DNA of 64,000 nt, taken from Octopus sinensis. Taxonomy: Eukaryota. This document shows positions 26,274 through 38,860 of this stretch, one piece after another. Positions within the stretch are counted from its first letter, which is position 1. The number at the start of each line of letters is the position of its first letter. The position numbers and the translations under genes are program-made. The DNA is taken from positions 131,688,001 through 131,752,000 of the forward strand of contig NC_042998.1 in assembly GCF_006345805.1 (NCBI RefSeq), in the 5' to 3' direction. The notes beneath the pieces are model-generated. The model had not been told where the DNA came from, did not search any database, and saw only the letters and a program-made list of their open reading frames with translations.

Positions 26274-26984
26274 AGACGGATTAGGTGTGTTGTTGCAATG
26301 CAGTTAATCTCTCTTGAGATGTATAATGAAGGAGACTTAAGGTTATGGTAATTAAAATGACATGCTAGCTTCTTCTTCTTCTCCTCCACTGCATTGCTTC
26401 TCCTTCTCCTCTTGGCTCTTCCTGCAATTAGTATCATCACCACATCAATCATCATCATCATCATCATCATCGTCGTCGTCGTCGTCGTCAGTGAGGTTAT
26501 CGTCTTCGTCATCCTGATGTGTGTTTCAAGCTAGCTGGCAACAATAATCATTATCAACATCGTGATTAATATCCTTATCATCACTTGTTTCACGCCGGGC
26601 TGCATTTGTGGACATCATCAATGTAATTCTGGTTGTTGTTACTGCTGTTGCTGCTGCTGCTAACTTTGCTGTTGATGCATTCATTTTTAATGTTTTTATT
26701 CTTTAATCCGACGTCAGTTCTGAACAGAACAGAACAGAACAGACCTATGATTCAAAATGTTCCAGTCTTGATTAACCGGTCTTCATTTTAAGACCGTATT
26801 GCGTGACTTGAGAGTCATGTGGTTATTACTTCAGGTTGCTCAAGCAATAGCATAAAGACTTTCTCGTTAAGAACATACATGCACTCATATACATGCACAT
26901 ATATAAATACAACACACACATACACACACATACACTCACATACACACATATATACATACACACATACATACATACATACATACA

Positions 26985-27064
<80 letters not shown>

Positions 27065-27065
<1 letters not shown>

Positions 27066-27440
27066 CATCATCATCATCGTTTAACGTCCGCTTTCCATGC
27101 CAGCATGGGTTGGACGATTTGACTGAGGGCTGGCGAACCAGATGGCTGCACCAGGAGTTTCTACAGCTTGATGCCCTTCCTAACGCCAACCACTCTGAGA
27201 GTGTAGTGGATGCTTTTATGTGCCGCCGGTACGGGGGGCCAGTCAGGCGGTAGTGGCAACGACCTCGCTCGAATTTTTTTGCACATGCCACCGGCACAGG
27301 TGCCAGTAAGGCGATGCTGGTAACGATCACGCTCGAATGGTGCCTTTTACGTGCCACCGGCACGAAAGCCAGCTAGCCGCTCTGGCAACGATCACGCTCG
27401 AATGGTGCTCTTAGCACCCTACTAGCACGGGGATCAAGTG

Positions 27441-27443
<3 letters not shown>
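27065..27443 (-). mobile_element. Retroposon 3' end with (GAT)n tail, RTE-like, with internal ~65-75-bp subrepeats
   Basis: (CAT)n followed by GTTTAACGTCCGC..GGATGCCCTTCCTAACGCCAACC-like text; AACGA(T/C)C(A/T)CGCTCGAAT occurs three times. Confidence 0.6.
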
Positions 27444-27525
<82 letters not shown>

Positions 27526-28081
27526 TATATATATAAGTATTATGTATGTATGTATATGTATATGTATATGTATATATTCCTGTCCAGTAGCCTTAACCTA
27601 CGGACACGAACAACATACTGTATCAAATCCGAGCGAAGCAGAGTTCATTTAACGAGATAGCTCTTATTACGTCACCTGAGGAGAAGCTTCTGCACCAAGG
27701 GATGCACCACAGCTAGTTATATAGTTTCCCTCCAGCGAGGTATCGATGCAAGATCGGTAGAAACAATAGGTATGAGCAGTAGTTACCCGTGTATTCCATT
27801 TTTCGTCTCTATCATTTGTTTTATATTTAATACTATATATGTGTATATTTATATTTATACTCAATACTATATATATATATATATAAAAGTACAAGTATAT
27901 ATCGTCTTTTCAGCGCACGTGTCACCATTGACGTTGTTAGGAGCCCTGGATTTGATGTTCCAAATGCAATGGGTCGCTTAACCTGAACAAAACATTTGGG
28001 ATACACTTTATTGCTGTATATTATAGAGAACTAATTTTCGTATGCAGGCAGACAGACAGACAGACAGATAGACAGACAGGC

Positions 28082-28144
<63 letters not shown>

Positions 28145-29025
28145 AGTCTGACATTTCTCTAGTTCTTATCCTTCATTTGTTTTATTGGGGTTTTTTTTCA
28201 ATCTTTTCTTGAGTCTTTTAAAATTTACTTTTGTGAATAAAGTTCTCAGGTTCAACAAACTAGGACCTGTTCCTGATTTCTAATGAAGAGAAAAAATGAA
28301 AACCTTGACCTTAGCGATAAATTAACTCAAATATAAAGCCACAGGTACCCTTATCATTAACATAGCAATATTTTTGTGAGCTTTTTTTTTATCAGAAAGC
28401 AAGATCGAGGATGTAACGCAGGTAAGTTAATGATGTTTTTTAAGTTACTTCACAAAATATAAGGGGATAACACGGAGAAGTGAAAAGTCCTATAAAAATG
28501 TTTTTTAAATACCACGCTTACAACTAGATAACAGTTGTGTTACCAAAAGGCGTTTCTAACATTTAGAAGTAGAACAGAAATTTGGTGCGAAAGGAAACGT
28601 CGATGGTGTCGTCCCCACTAATTGAATGATACGGAATTTTATCGACCCTGGAAATTTTGACCTCATTGGGATTTCAAATCAAAGATTGAAAGCGGGAAGA
28701 AAATACTGCAACGCATTTTACCCCATCTTCTAATGATTCTAAAACCCACGACCCTTTTAATTGTGCATTTAATAATTGTTTCTAATTCAGACACAAGAAC
28801 AGAAATTTTGCGGGTGAGAATTAATCATTAACATCGTCTGCTACATTTAATTGGTACTTTTGTTTCTGGCGGCCTCTGAGAGGATAAAACTCAAAGTCGA
28901 CCTCAACGATTTGAGCGCGGAGTGAAAAGAGTTGAAAGTAATATCGCAAGGTATTTTGTCCGACTCGCTATCAATTCTGCCAGTCCCCCGCTCTATGTTG
29001 CATTTCTATTAATGATAAAAGCACA

Positions 29026-29078
<53 letters not shown>

Positions 29079-30129
29079 CTCTCTCCTCTCTCCCTCTCTC
29101 TCTCTCTCTCTTTCTCTCTCACTCTCTTCATCTCTCTCCCTCCCTCCCTCCCTCTCTCTCTTTCCCTCTTTCTCTCACACATGAGCTCTCATAATATATA
29201 TGCGTATGTGTGTGTATGTGTGAGTCTATGTATGTATTATATGCGTGCTTGCGTACCTGCGTGCCTGCGTTTGTGTGTGTGTGTGTGTGTGTTTCAGCAT
29301 GTGTTTTCACGATTCTTGTCATTTTCTTGAGATAATACTTTCATCTTTTATTTGTAGAAAAGTCTTACCTCTCCTGCAGAAGACTTTCTATTCTGTGTCA
29401 TCCGCTACATTCAAGATGGTGAGGTCATACGTTGTTGCCCTTTGTCTAATACGCAATAAGTTCCGAGCTAAGAAATCACTCAAGTTGATTGGCCTCCTAA
29501 GATAGGCTAGGATACAAGACTATATCATTTGGCAATGACATTCTGAAAGTGTGAAAGTCTAAAAAATAGAAGACAAGAGAAAAGAATGGCGGATTATTTA
29601 CTGGAAACTAAAAGCTTCAAGTTTTCTTTTTCTTCTCAAGTTTCTCCTTTTCTTTCTCTCTTTTCTTCTCCCTCTTTCTTTCTCTTTCTCTCCCTCTCCT
29701 CTCCCATTCTGTATCTCTCTCTTTCTCTCTGTCTCTCTCATTCTCTCTCGCTTTTATTTAAATGACTGGATCTATAAAGTCTCCATTTTCACCAACATAT
29801 GTGAATATATACATATACATGCATATATGGGGACAGGTCGTCATCAACTGTGCAAATAACATGAAATACGTACACAAACGAGGGGGAAATGAGTTAAATG
29901 CGTAAACAACGAGAAAAAATGGGAAACAGAACAAGTTAAGACAGAGAAAGGACCCTTCATCAGTTGTCGGCTGTCTATTTACTCCTCATTTCTAGCAATA
30001 CGCATATGTATATATATATGTTCTTTTCTGTTTTTAATTATATGAATTCATCTCTTGATGAAGGGGTTGGTTTCTAACAAAGATGCAAAGCTCCATCACT
30101 AGAATATAAATAACAACAAAAAAGTCATA

Positions 30130-30710
30130 TTCTAAGCTTGAGAAAAATCTTGCATATTTTTACTGCTCCACTTACATAATGCATTTGAAATGTGCGAGCT
30201 GGTTAATTTTTGTGTTTCTGAAAACCCTACCTTAACCAGATTGTCACTTAGACATATACTCAGAAAACCAAGTACACCAATAATTATTGATATAAATGTG
30301 AATTTATAATCTGTATATATACGCTGGTGGTTTCGAAGCAATTGTCCATAGCAATCTTCTTTCTCTTTGATTTTGAAAGATATTCACACAACCAGAACAA
30401 CTGACCTCTATAACAGTACAAACCGTTTTTTTACTGTCCCAAATAACAATATTTGGTCTGTTATATTTACCCTTGACAGACAGAGGTTTTGATGGGAATG
30501 CTCTTCCAGTATTCTTTGTGCTGGTGCATGTGTGCGTATGCTATAACAGGAGGATTCTCTATATTTACTCCAGGGTAGTCTTTTTGCTAAATGACATTAT
30601 ATATTGCTTCTGTGACAACGTCATGTCACATAGGGAGCTAATACCTTGATGATAATTTTTGAGCAGCTGCTAATCAAATGTGTGATGTCTTTCGCAGAAG
30701 CATGACATAC

Positions 30711-30715
<5 letters not shown>
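30130..30715 (-). pseudogene. C-terminal fragment of an RLE-type non-LTR retrotransposon (R4/Dong-like)
   Basis: Degenerate zinc knuckle CHASAKDITHLISSC, then HDVV and a decayed PD-(D/E) region RPNIVIWD..CTVIEVSC. Confidence 0.65.
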
Positions 30716-30742
<27 letters not shown>

Positions 30743-31094
30743 TGTATGTATGTATGTATGTATGTATGTATGTATGTATGTATGTATGTATGTCATTATT
30801 CAGTTTTATTTTAAAATTTCTTGGCCATAGAGAAAGAACCAATTTCTTACCTAGTCCCAAGGCACCTTTATTGGAAATTCAACATCAACAACAGTTTATG
30901 TATGCATGTATGTCTGACTGTATGTACGTTTGTACGTATGTATGTATGTATGTATGTATGTATGTATGTATGTATGTATGTATGTATGTATGTATGTATG
31001 TATGTATACATGCACATGAGTATGCTTTGTTTTATATATGTATTCTCATACATATCTAGAGTTGCATATCTATATATGCTCGTATATATTTAAA

Positions 31095-31420
31095 ATGATT
31101 AACTTCTGGGAAGTTTTACAGAGTTTTACAATTCCAGTGATGGTTTGGATCTGTGGGCTTCGAATTAGCTTTCTCCTTCCTGGTTTTGAAAAAATCTAAT
31201 TTGTGAAGATTGGTATTTAGGCAGTGTGTTACATATCCCAGGGGCTCCAATAATTACAGATGTAAACCTGAACACGTAATCTGGATAGAGTAACTGCAGA
31301 TTTCTCAATAGCTTAGCATAGGTGTTCTCTTTTTTTATAGATCTTCAGCTTTATGCTAATATCCGCTGGGCAGCTAATTTCCTCAACTGTACAGTTTCGC
31401 TTCTCTGTCCCAAATCATTA
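31095..31420 (-). pseudogene. Second RLE-type (R4/Dong-like) 3' fragment
   Basis: IWDRE...EISCPAD...ENTYAKLLRNLQLLYPDYVFRFTSVIIGA, homologous to 30130-30450. Confidence 0.65.
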
Positions 31421-31676
31421 TGTACGTATGTATGTATGTATGTATGTATGTATGTATGTATGTATGTATGTATGTATGTATGTATGTATGTATGTATGTA
31501 TGTGCGTGTACATGTGTGTGTGTAAGTTACAGCACTAAATTATAATCCACTTACAGATCTAAATAAATACAGTTAAAGCTCTAAAATAAATAACGGAGCA
31601 ACACAACAGGAATACAAAAATGTGTGCTTTCTTTCATCACACACTGAACATACACGGTATCCATAAACTCTTACAA

Positions 31677-32095
31677 GGCGGCGAGCTGGCAGAAACGTTA
31701 GCACGCCAGGCGAAATGCTCAGCGGTATTTCGTCTGCCATTACCTTCTGAGTTCAAATTCCGCCGAGGTCGACTTTGCCTTTCATCCTTTCAGGGTCGAT
31801 AAATTAAGTACCAGTTACGCACTGGGGTCGATGTAATCGACTTAATCCGTATGTCTGTTCTTGTTTGTCCTCTCTATGTTTAACGCGTCGTGGGTAGTAC
31901 AGAAATAGGTATTTCGTCTGCCGTTACGTTCTGAGTTCAAATTCCGGCGAGGTCGACTTTGCCTTTCATCCTTTCAGGGTCGATAAATTAAGCACCAGTT
32001 ACGCACTGGGGACGATATAATCGACTTAATCCGTTTGTCAGTCCTTGTTTGTCCTCTCTGTGTTTAGCCCCTTGTGGGTGGTAAAGAAATAGGTA
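31677..32095 (+). mobile_element. tRNA-derived SINE with duplicated body; related copies at ~61481-61710, ~62070-62215 and decayed ones at ~24400-24480 and 28600-28990
   Basis: Head GGCGGCGAGCTGGCAGAA, B-box-like GTTCAAATTCC and central GCCTTTCATCCTTTC.GGGTCGATAAA, multicopy within this window. Confidence 0.8.
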
Positions 32096-32479
32096 TCCAT
32101 ATACTCTTATTCTTTTTTTTATTCTTTTACTTGTTTCAATTATTTGACAGCGGCATGCTGGAGCACCGCCTTAAAGGGTTTTAGTCAAAGAAGTCGACCC
32201 CCAGAACTTATTCTTTGTAAGCCTGGTACTTATGGTATCGGTCTGTTTAGCCGAACCGCTAATTTATGGGGACGTAAACACACCAACATCAATTATCAAG
32301 CGATAGTGGGGGACAAACACAGACACCAAGGAAGCACATACACGTAAATATATACATATATATGTATATAGGACGGACTTATTTTAATTCCCATCTACCA
32401 AATCCACTCACAACGCTATGGTCGACCCAAGGCTATAGTAGAAGACACTGGAGCCGGAACCACATAGCCACGTCTGCGT

Positions 32480-32925
32480 TTAGCTTACCAACCACTTCGT
32501 TCCAGGTTCAATCCCACTTCGTGGAACCTTGGGAAAGTGTCTTCAACTATAGCCTCAGGTCGAGCAAAGTCTTGTGAGTGGATTTAATAGACGGAAACTG
32601 AAAGAAGTCCGTCGTGTATATGCTTATATATGTATGTATGTACGTATGTATGTATGTATGTATGTATGTATGTATGTTTGTAGGTAGGTAGGTAGGTAGG
32701 TAGGTAGGTAGGTAGGTAGGTATGTTTGTGTGTGCATTTGTCACTCCATCCCCAGTATCACTTGACAACCGATGCTGGTGTGTTTACGTCCTGTAACTTA
32801 GCGGTTCGGCAAAAGAGTCCGATAAAATAAGTACTAGGCTTACAAAGAATAAGTCCTGGGATCGATTTACTCGTCTAAAGGCGGTGTTCCAGTATAGCCG
32901 CAGTTAAATGACTGAAACATGAAAA
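32480..32925 (+). mobile_element. Second SINE family; other copies or fragments at ~32125-32330 (-), 55853-56210 (+), 61715-61910 (-), 62440-62640 (+)
   Basis: Shared GTAACTTAGCGGTTCGGCAAAAGA..AAGTACT.GGCTTACAAAGAATAAGTCCTGG body and internal microsatellite. Confidence 0.8.
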
Positions 32926-33200
32926 AAAAATAAATAAATAAAGGAATAGAAGAATGTTAAAACAAAAATAGCAAAACGAAAGAAAAATCAAATCAAAAGT
33001 CCAGCTAAACACTTTAAGGTAACAATTTGTTGGCGTAGAAAATTCCATTCGTCTTCCGTCCCATGCTATTACCAGGAAGATCATCTCTGAACACTAATAT
33101 ACATACATGTACAGCATATCCCCCCTGCTCAGCGCAGGCCAATAAGTGAAATACATAGAAAAGCAGAAACAACATCAATAGCCTGTTTAGTTCTAATCGT

Positions 33201-33580
33201 GGAGGCGCAATAGCCCAGTGGTTAGGGCAGCGGACTCGCGGTTGTAGGATCGCGGTTTCGATTCTCAGACCGGGCGTTGTGAGTGTTTATTGAGCAAAAA
33301 CACCTAAAGCTCCACGAGGCTCCGGCAATGGATGGTGGTGATCCCTGCTGTACTCTTTCACCACAACTTTCTCTCACTCTTACTTCCTGTTTCTAGTGTA
33401 CCTGTATTTCGAAGGGCCGGCCTTGTCACTCTCAGTGCCACGCTGAATAACCCCGAGAACTACGTTAAGGGTACACGTGTCTGTGGAGTGCTCAGCCACT
33501 TACACGTTAATTTCACGAGCAGGCTGTTCCGTTGATCGAATCAACCGGAACCCTCGTGGTCGTAACCGACGGAGTGCTTC
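33201..33580 (+). mobile_element. tRNA-derived SINE (Arg-like head)
   Basis: A-box-like TAGCCCAGTGG and B-box-like GTTTCGATTC followed by a ~300-bp non-tRNA body. Confidence 0.65.
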
Positions 33581-33784
33581 CAGTTCTAATCACTGTGATG
33601 GAATGCGCTAGACTAATGATAAATGTGGTGTAGAACTAGACTTGCAGACACGCTAGACTGTTGGACAACATGACTTGCAGTACGCGTTCTGATTTTTTTT
33701 TACGCTTTGATTTCAGAAACCTCTGTGGTCGGATTTGCCTTTAAACTTTCCTAATCATTACAGTATTACTTCGTCAGAGGAAAC

Positions 33785-34682
33785 CTCTCTTCATTCCTGC
33801 CTCGCCGACCGCGCGATTCGGCCTAGGCCGTGGGCGCCGCCCGGCGCCTTCCGATGACCACCGTAACGCGCGGCCGTCTTTTTTTTCCTCGCCTCCTAGC
33901 GCGCAGTCTCTTCGCGAGACTTGCCGAGCCGAAAGTCGCGGCCGGGCCCCCTCGCCCGAGTACCACCGAATGCTCTTGATTCGGCCCTCTAACAGCGCAG
34001 CGGTAGCAGTCGCGGCAGCCCGCCGTCACACGCCGCGACTCTCTGCTGCCGACCGCGCAACCACCCTGCCGGCGTCGGCCCGCCCTCATGGCGCTCGGAC
34101 GACGGGGCTTGCACGCTTTGCGAGCTCCATGACCATTTCTCTCTTCCTTCCTGCCTCGCCGACCGCGCGATTCGGCCTAGGCCGTGGGCGCCGCCCGGCG
34201 CCTTCCGATGACCACCGTAACGCGCGGCCGTCTTTTTTTTCCTCGCCTCCTAGCGCGCAGTCTCTTCGCGAGACTTGCCGAGCCGAAAGTCGCGGCCGGG
34301 CCCCCTCGCCCGAGTACCACCGAATGCTCTTGATTCGGCCCTCTAACAGCGCAGCAGTAGCCGTCGCGGCAGCCCGCCGTCACACGCCGCGACTCTCTGC
34401 TGCCGGCCGCGCAGCCACCCTGCCGGCGTCGGCCCGCCCTCATGGCGCTCGGACGACGGGGCTTGCACGCTTTGCGAGCTCCATGACCATTTCTCTCTTC
34501 CTTCCTACCTCGCCGTTGGCGTCGGCAGTGGCGCGCTTCGTTCCGCTGTCGACGCCTTCGAATCTCATTTTATTTTTTCCGCCGCGCGGCGCCGGCCTCC
34601 TGTCGGGGGCCGCTGCCGCTTTCCTTTTTTTTTTTTTTTTTCTTTCCGTACGTCTAGCGCGTAGTAGTAGCAAATATACCGA
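33785..34682 (+). other. rDNA ITS1, 3' part, with 354-bp tandem repeats
   Basis: Same sequence as the region following the 18S at 54689-55342; repeat starts at 33934 and 34288. Confidence 0.9.
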
Positions 34683-34844
34683 AACCCTGGACGGGGGATC
34701 ACTCGGCTCGTCCGTCGATGAAGAGCGCGGCTATCCGCGTGAACTGATGCGAATTGCAGGACTCAGTGAACATCGACACCTCGAACGCACATTGCGGCCC
34801 CGGGATCCTATCGTCCCGGGGCCCCGTCCGGTCGAGAGGCGGTC
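34683..34844 (+). rRNA. 5.8S rRNA (divergent, GC-rich)
   Basis: GGATCACTCGGCTCGT..GTCGATGAAGA, GAATTGCAGGAC, CGAACGCACATTGCGGC. Confidence 0.95.
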
Positions 34845-35328
34845 AAGACACGAAAACGCAGTCCGCCGCGGCCGTTGGCTGCGGCGGGGAGTCGGGAGTC
34901 GCAAGAAAGGGCGGCGCTCGCCGCGAGGCCCGCACTATATCTCGCGCGCGCGAACCGCCGCCGCTCGATCGTCCGTCTCCCGTAATGGCAGACCGTCATC
35001 GTTGCGAAGCGCTGTTGCGGAGGAGGGAGCCCGCCGAAGTGCGGAAGCAGAGGAGTAAGGGATCAGTAGCAGGAACGACAACGACGACACGGCGAGGCCC
35101 CTCGTCGCGTCCGCGTCTTCCTCTGCGTTCCTCTCCGAGCGACCGCCGCCCTCCGTCGCTGCCGCCGCAGCCGCCGCCGTCTCGTCTTTCGGCGTTCGCT
35201 CTGTGGGAATATCTCTTTCGTGCGAGCGTTCGTGCCGATCGACAGCGGTGGTGGTGCGCGCCGGTAGTAGTAGCAAGCAGCTGCAGCAGCCGTCTCTTTT
35301 GCAGCGTCTCCTTTTTTTTATTCACGCT
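34845..35328 (+). other. rDNA ITS2
   Basis: Lies between the 5.8S and the 28S 5' motif. Confidence 0.85.
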
Positions 35329-36686
35329 GCCCTCGACTCGGACGCGATTACCCGCCGAACTTAAGCATATCGCTAAGCGGAGAAAAGAACCAACCGGGAT
35401 TCCTAAGTAACGGCGAGTACCGGGAGAAGCCCAACGACGAATCATCGTCGGCCGCGCCGGTCGTCGAGAGCTGTGGCGCAAGGGTCGTACACGGTCGATC
35501 GTTTCGCCCGGCTAGGTTCGGAGTCCCCTCGATCGGGGCTGCCCAGAGCGGGGTGCCAGGCCCATTCGGAGCCGGCGGCGATCGGCGGTGTTCATCGGCC
35601 CGAGAGTCGGGTTGCTTGGGAACGCAGCCCAAAGCGGGTGGTAAGCTCCATCCAAGGCTAAATACGGGGACGAGTCCGATAGCCGACAAGTACCGCGAGG
35701 GAAAGTTGAAAAGAACTTTGGAGAGAGAGTTCAAGAGACCGTGAAACCCGCCCAGGGGTAAACGGGTAGGACCGCTCACCGCGATCGCGAGGGGACTCAG
35801 TCCGCTGCTTCACGCCGAGGCGCCGTCGTCGTCGACGAACGCGCCGGTGGCGGCCGCTCGTCGTTCCGCGGGCGGTCGTCTGCCGCCTCGTCGGCGTTCG
35901 ATTCCCGGGGCGCCGGCATCGGACGCACTTCCCCTCCGATCCGTCGTCGCGACCCTTTTTCCCGTCGGGCCGGTAGGCGCGCGGCGTCCGCAGGTCGCAG
36001 ACGAGAGCCCCGTCGCCGCCGCGCAAGCGGCGGTCGGTGGGATCCACGCGCGCTCTTCTCGACCGGGCCCGTCGCGCCACGTAAAGCGCAGGCACGGCTA
36101 ACCGACGGAGACGGGCAAACGCACCTCGCCCTTAGCACGAACGACGCAGCGAGTCGCGCGTGTCCTCTTCGCGGAGGTCGCGAGCGACGCGGGCGCCCGC
36201 CCGCGCGCCGCGACACGCGCGGAAACCCTCGCAAGGGGGGCGACGCGCGTTGCGGTCGCGGGACACCTTCCGCCCGAAAAGCCGCCCGCTGCCGCCGGTC
36301 AGCGACGAGCATCGGCAACCTACCCGACCCGTCTTGAAACACGGACCGAGGAGTCCCAGTCGACTGCGAGTCGTTGGAGCCTTTCACTTCGCGAACTCCG
36401 ACGGCACAGCGAAAGCGAGAACGTGACACGTGTCGCCGTCTCGCTCCGGCGGGACGGCGCTTCGAAGCATCGTTCCCGGGTCGGGTCCGCGCGTTCGCCG
36501 CGACGTTCGCGTCCTCCGGCGTTCCCGCTCCGACTCAGGTGTAGCAGGCGGCCGGGGACCCGAAAGATAGCGATCCACGCCCGGTCGGGACGAAGCCAGA
36601 GGAAACTCTGGTGGAAGTCCGAAGCGCCTCTGACGTGCAAATCGATCGTCGGAACCGGGTGTAGGGGCGAAAGACCAATCGAGCCG

Positions 36687-36729
<43 letters not shown>

Positions 36730-38668
36730 CGCCAGCGGAGAACGACACGCAATTCCGTCCGGTAAAGCGAACGACTGGAGGCCCCGGGGACGTTGACGGC
36801 CTCGATCTACTCTCGAACTCGGAACGGCGAACGGGCCGCTCCTCTCCCGATCGGAGGCGGCCGCCGTTATGCGACGACGAATGCACGGTGCCAAGTGGGC
36901 CACTTTTGGTAAGCAGAACTGGTGATGTGGGATGAACCGAACGTCCGGCTAAGGTGCCCTACGCTTCGCCCATTAGATCCCCGAAAGGGTGTCGGTCGAT
37001 ATAGACAGCAGGACGGTGGCCACGGAAGTCGGAATCCGCTCAGGAGTGTGTAACAACTTACCTGCCGAATCGACCGGCCCCGAAAATGGATGGCGCTGGA
37101 GCGAGCGACCGATGCCGGATCGGCCGGGCGACAGGTTGCGCGATCGCCGGCGAGGCGACTTTCCGATGCCCGGTCGAGTAGGAGGGCGCCGCGGCGTGCA
37201 TGGAAGCCGCGGGCGCGAGCCCGGGTGAAGCCGACCGCGGGTGCAGATCTCGGTGGTAGTAGCAAATATTCGAACGAGACCTTCGAAGACCGAAGTGGAG
37301 AAGGGTTCCGTGCCAACGGCGGTCGAGCATGGGTCAGTCGGTCCTAAGAAGCGGGCGAAAGCTTCCACGAAAGGCGCCGGATCCGTCGTTTAGAAAGAAG
37401 AAGAACTCTCGCGGTTCGATATCGATTTACGCGGCCGGCCTCGCATCGAAAGGGAATCGGGTTAATATTCCCGAACCCGAACTCGGAGAGTGCCCGTCCG
37501 TCGGCGGGAACGCGGCGTGCTCTTCCTAGCAGCGCGTCCGTCGTCGAAGCCGGCGGCCGGGCGAAGCAGCGGCAACGCAAGCGAGCCCGGAGACGTTGCC
37601 GGGAGCCCCGGGAAGAGTTCTCTCTTCTTCGTAAAGGACCGCGTCCGTGGAATCGGCTCGTCCGGAGATACGGATATGGTACCTGTAGAGCGCCGCGTCT
37701 CGGGCGGCGTCCGGTGCGCTCTCGGCGGCCCTGGAAAATCCGGGTCCGTAACGAATCGCAGCTCTCGAGTCGGTCCGTACCCACCATCCGCAGCAGGTCT
37801 CCAAGGTGTACAGCCTCTCGACGATAGCGCCAATGTAGGTAAGGGAAGTCGGCAAAATGGATCCGTACCTTCGGAAGAAGGATTGGCTCCGAGGACCGGG
37901 TCGGTCGGGCCGTGTGTGTCGCCTCGCTCCCGCGCGGCCGCGTCGCCGTTCGCTCGGCGTCGCGCCGCCGGGCGCCGGAACACGTCTTCACGCGAAGCGG
38001 CGGACCGGTACGGGGCTGTAGCGTTGGCGTCGGACTCGGCATCCCGGTGCGCCCCATTTTTTCCGGCGGTCGTCGCAGCGTCGGCGGGTAAAAACCCGCC
38101 ACGCGCCGGTGCGCGGTCGCGCCTTCGGTCAACGCGGGTCGGCTTCTACGCGCGCGTTCTTTCCTTCCGCTGCGCTGCGTTCCGTCGCTGCGTGCCGCCG
38201 CCTACGGACCTCCCGGTCCGGAAAGCGCGCGCGCGCGGCCGGGACGTCGTCGCGGTTGTCGGATCCGCGCGCGCGGCCTTCTCGTGCGTCGGCGTACCGC
38301 GCCTCCCGGCGCGTGCGCGGGCCGTCTTTCGTTGCGGCGGCTCGGTTTCATACGGGGCGCCCGGGGCGTAGTGGGCGCGAACAAAACGGCTCCACACCCG
38401 GGACGCCGTGGAGCGACACGGCTTCGGGCTCGCCGTCGCGTCGGTGTGCGCGCGCGGCTCGGCTCCGCAAGGGGTCGCGGTCGTCGTCGTCGCGCACCGC
38501 GACGCGCGGCAGGCGTTCGGCCGGCGGCGGACGGTCGACTCGGAACTGGTACGGACCGGGGGAATCCGACTGTCTAATTAAAACAGAGCATCGCGTAGCC
38601 GGCCGAGCCGCACAGACGCGATGTGATTTCTGCCCAGGGCTCTGAATGTCAAAGTGAAGAAATTCAAC

Positions 38669-38707
<39 letters not shown>
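35329..38707 (+). rRNA. 28S rRNA, 5' part up to the R2 insertion
   Basis: ACCCGCCGAACTTAAGCATATC, CCCGTCTTGAAACACGGACC, ends at GGGAGTAACTATGACTCTCTT; large GC-rich expansion segments. Confidence 0.97.
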
Positions 38708-38860
38708 GTCGCGGCAGGAGAGCTTACGTCCGTGATGTGAGCTACGTCGGCGGTGCCTTGCGCACTGGTAGGTTCAACCACACCGAATTGGTCGCATCGC
38801 ACAGGACTAACAAAAGCGGCCCGACCTCCCTAGCAGAACCTTTACGGGTGGGAGACTCCG

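Noticed and set aside
29950-29995. GAAA...GTA...CTGATGA arrangement (also ~58825-58870) as a permuted hammerhead
   Set aside because: The intervening sequence cannot form stem I, so no complete fold is supported.
33201-33275. Possible tRNA gene
   Set aside because: The acceptor stem does not pair and the sequence continues into a SINE body.
33785-33792. Left rDNA junction begins with CTCTCTT, as in the R2 target
   Set aside because: A 7-nt low-complexity match already explained by the ITS1 sequence.
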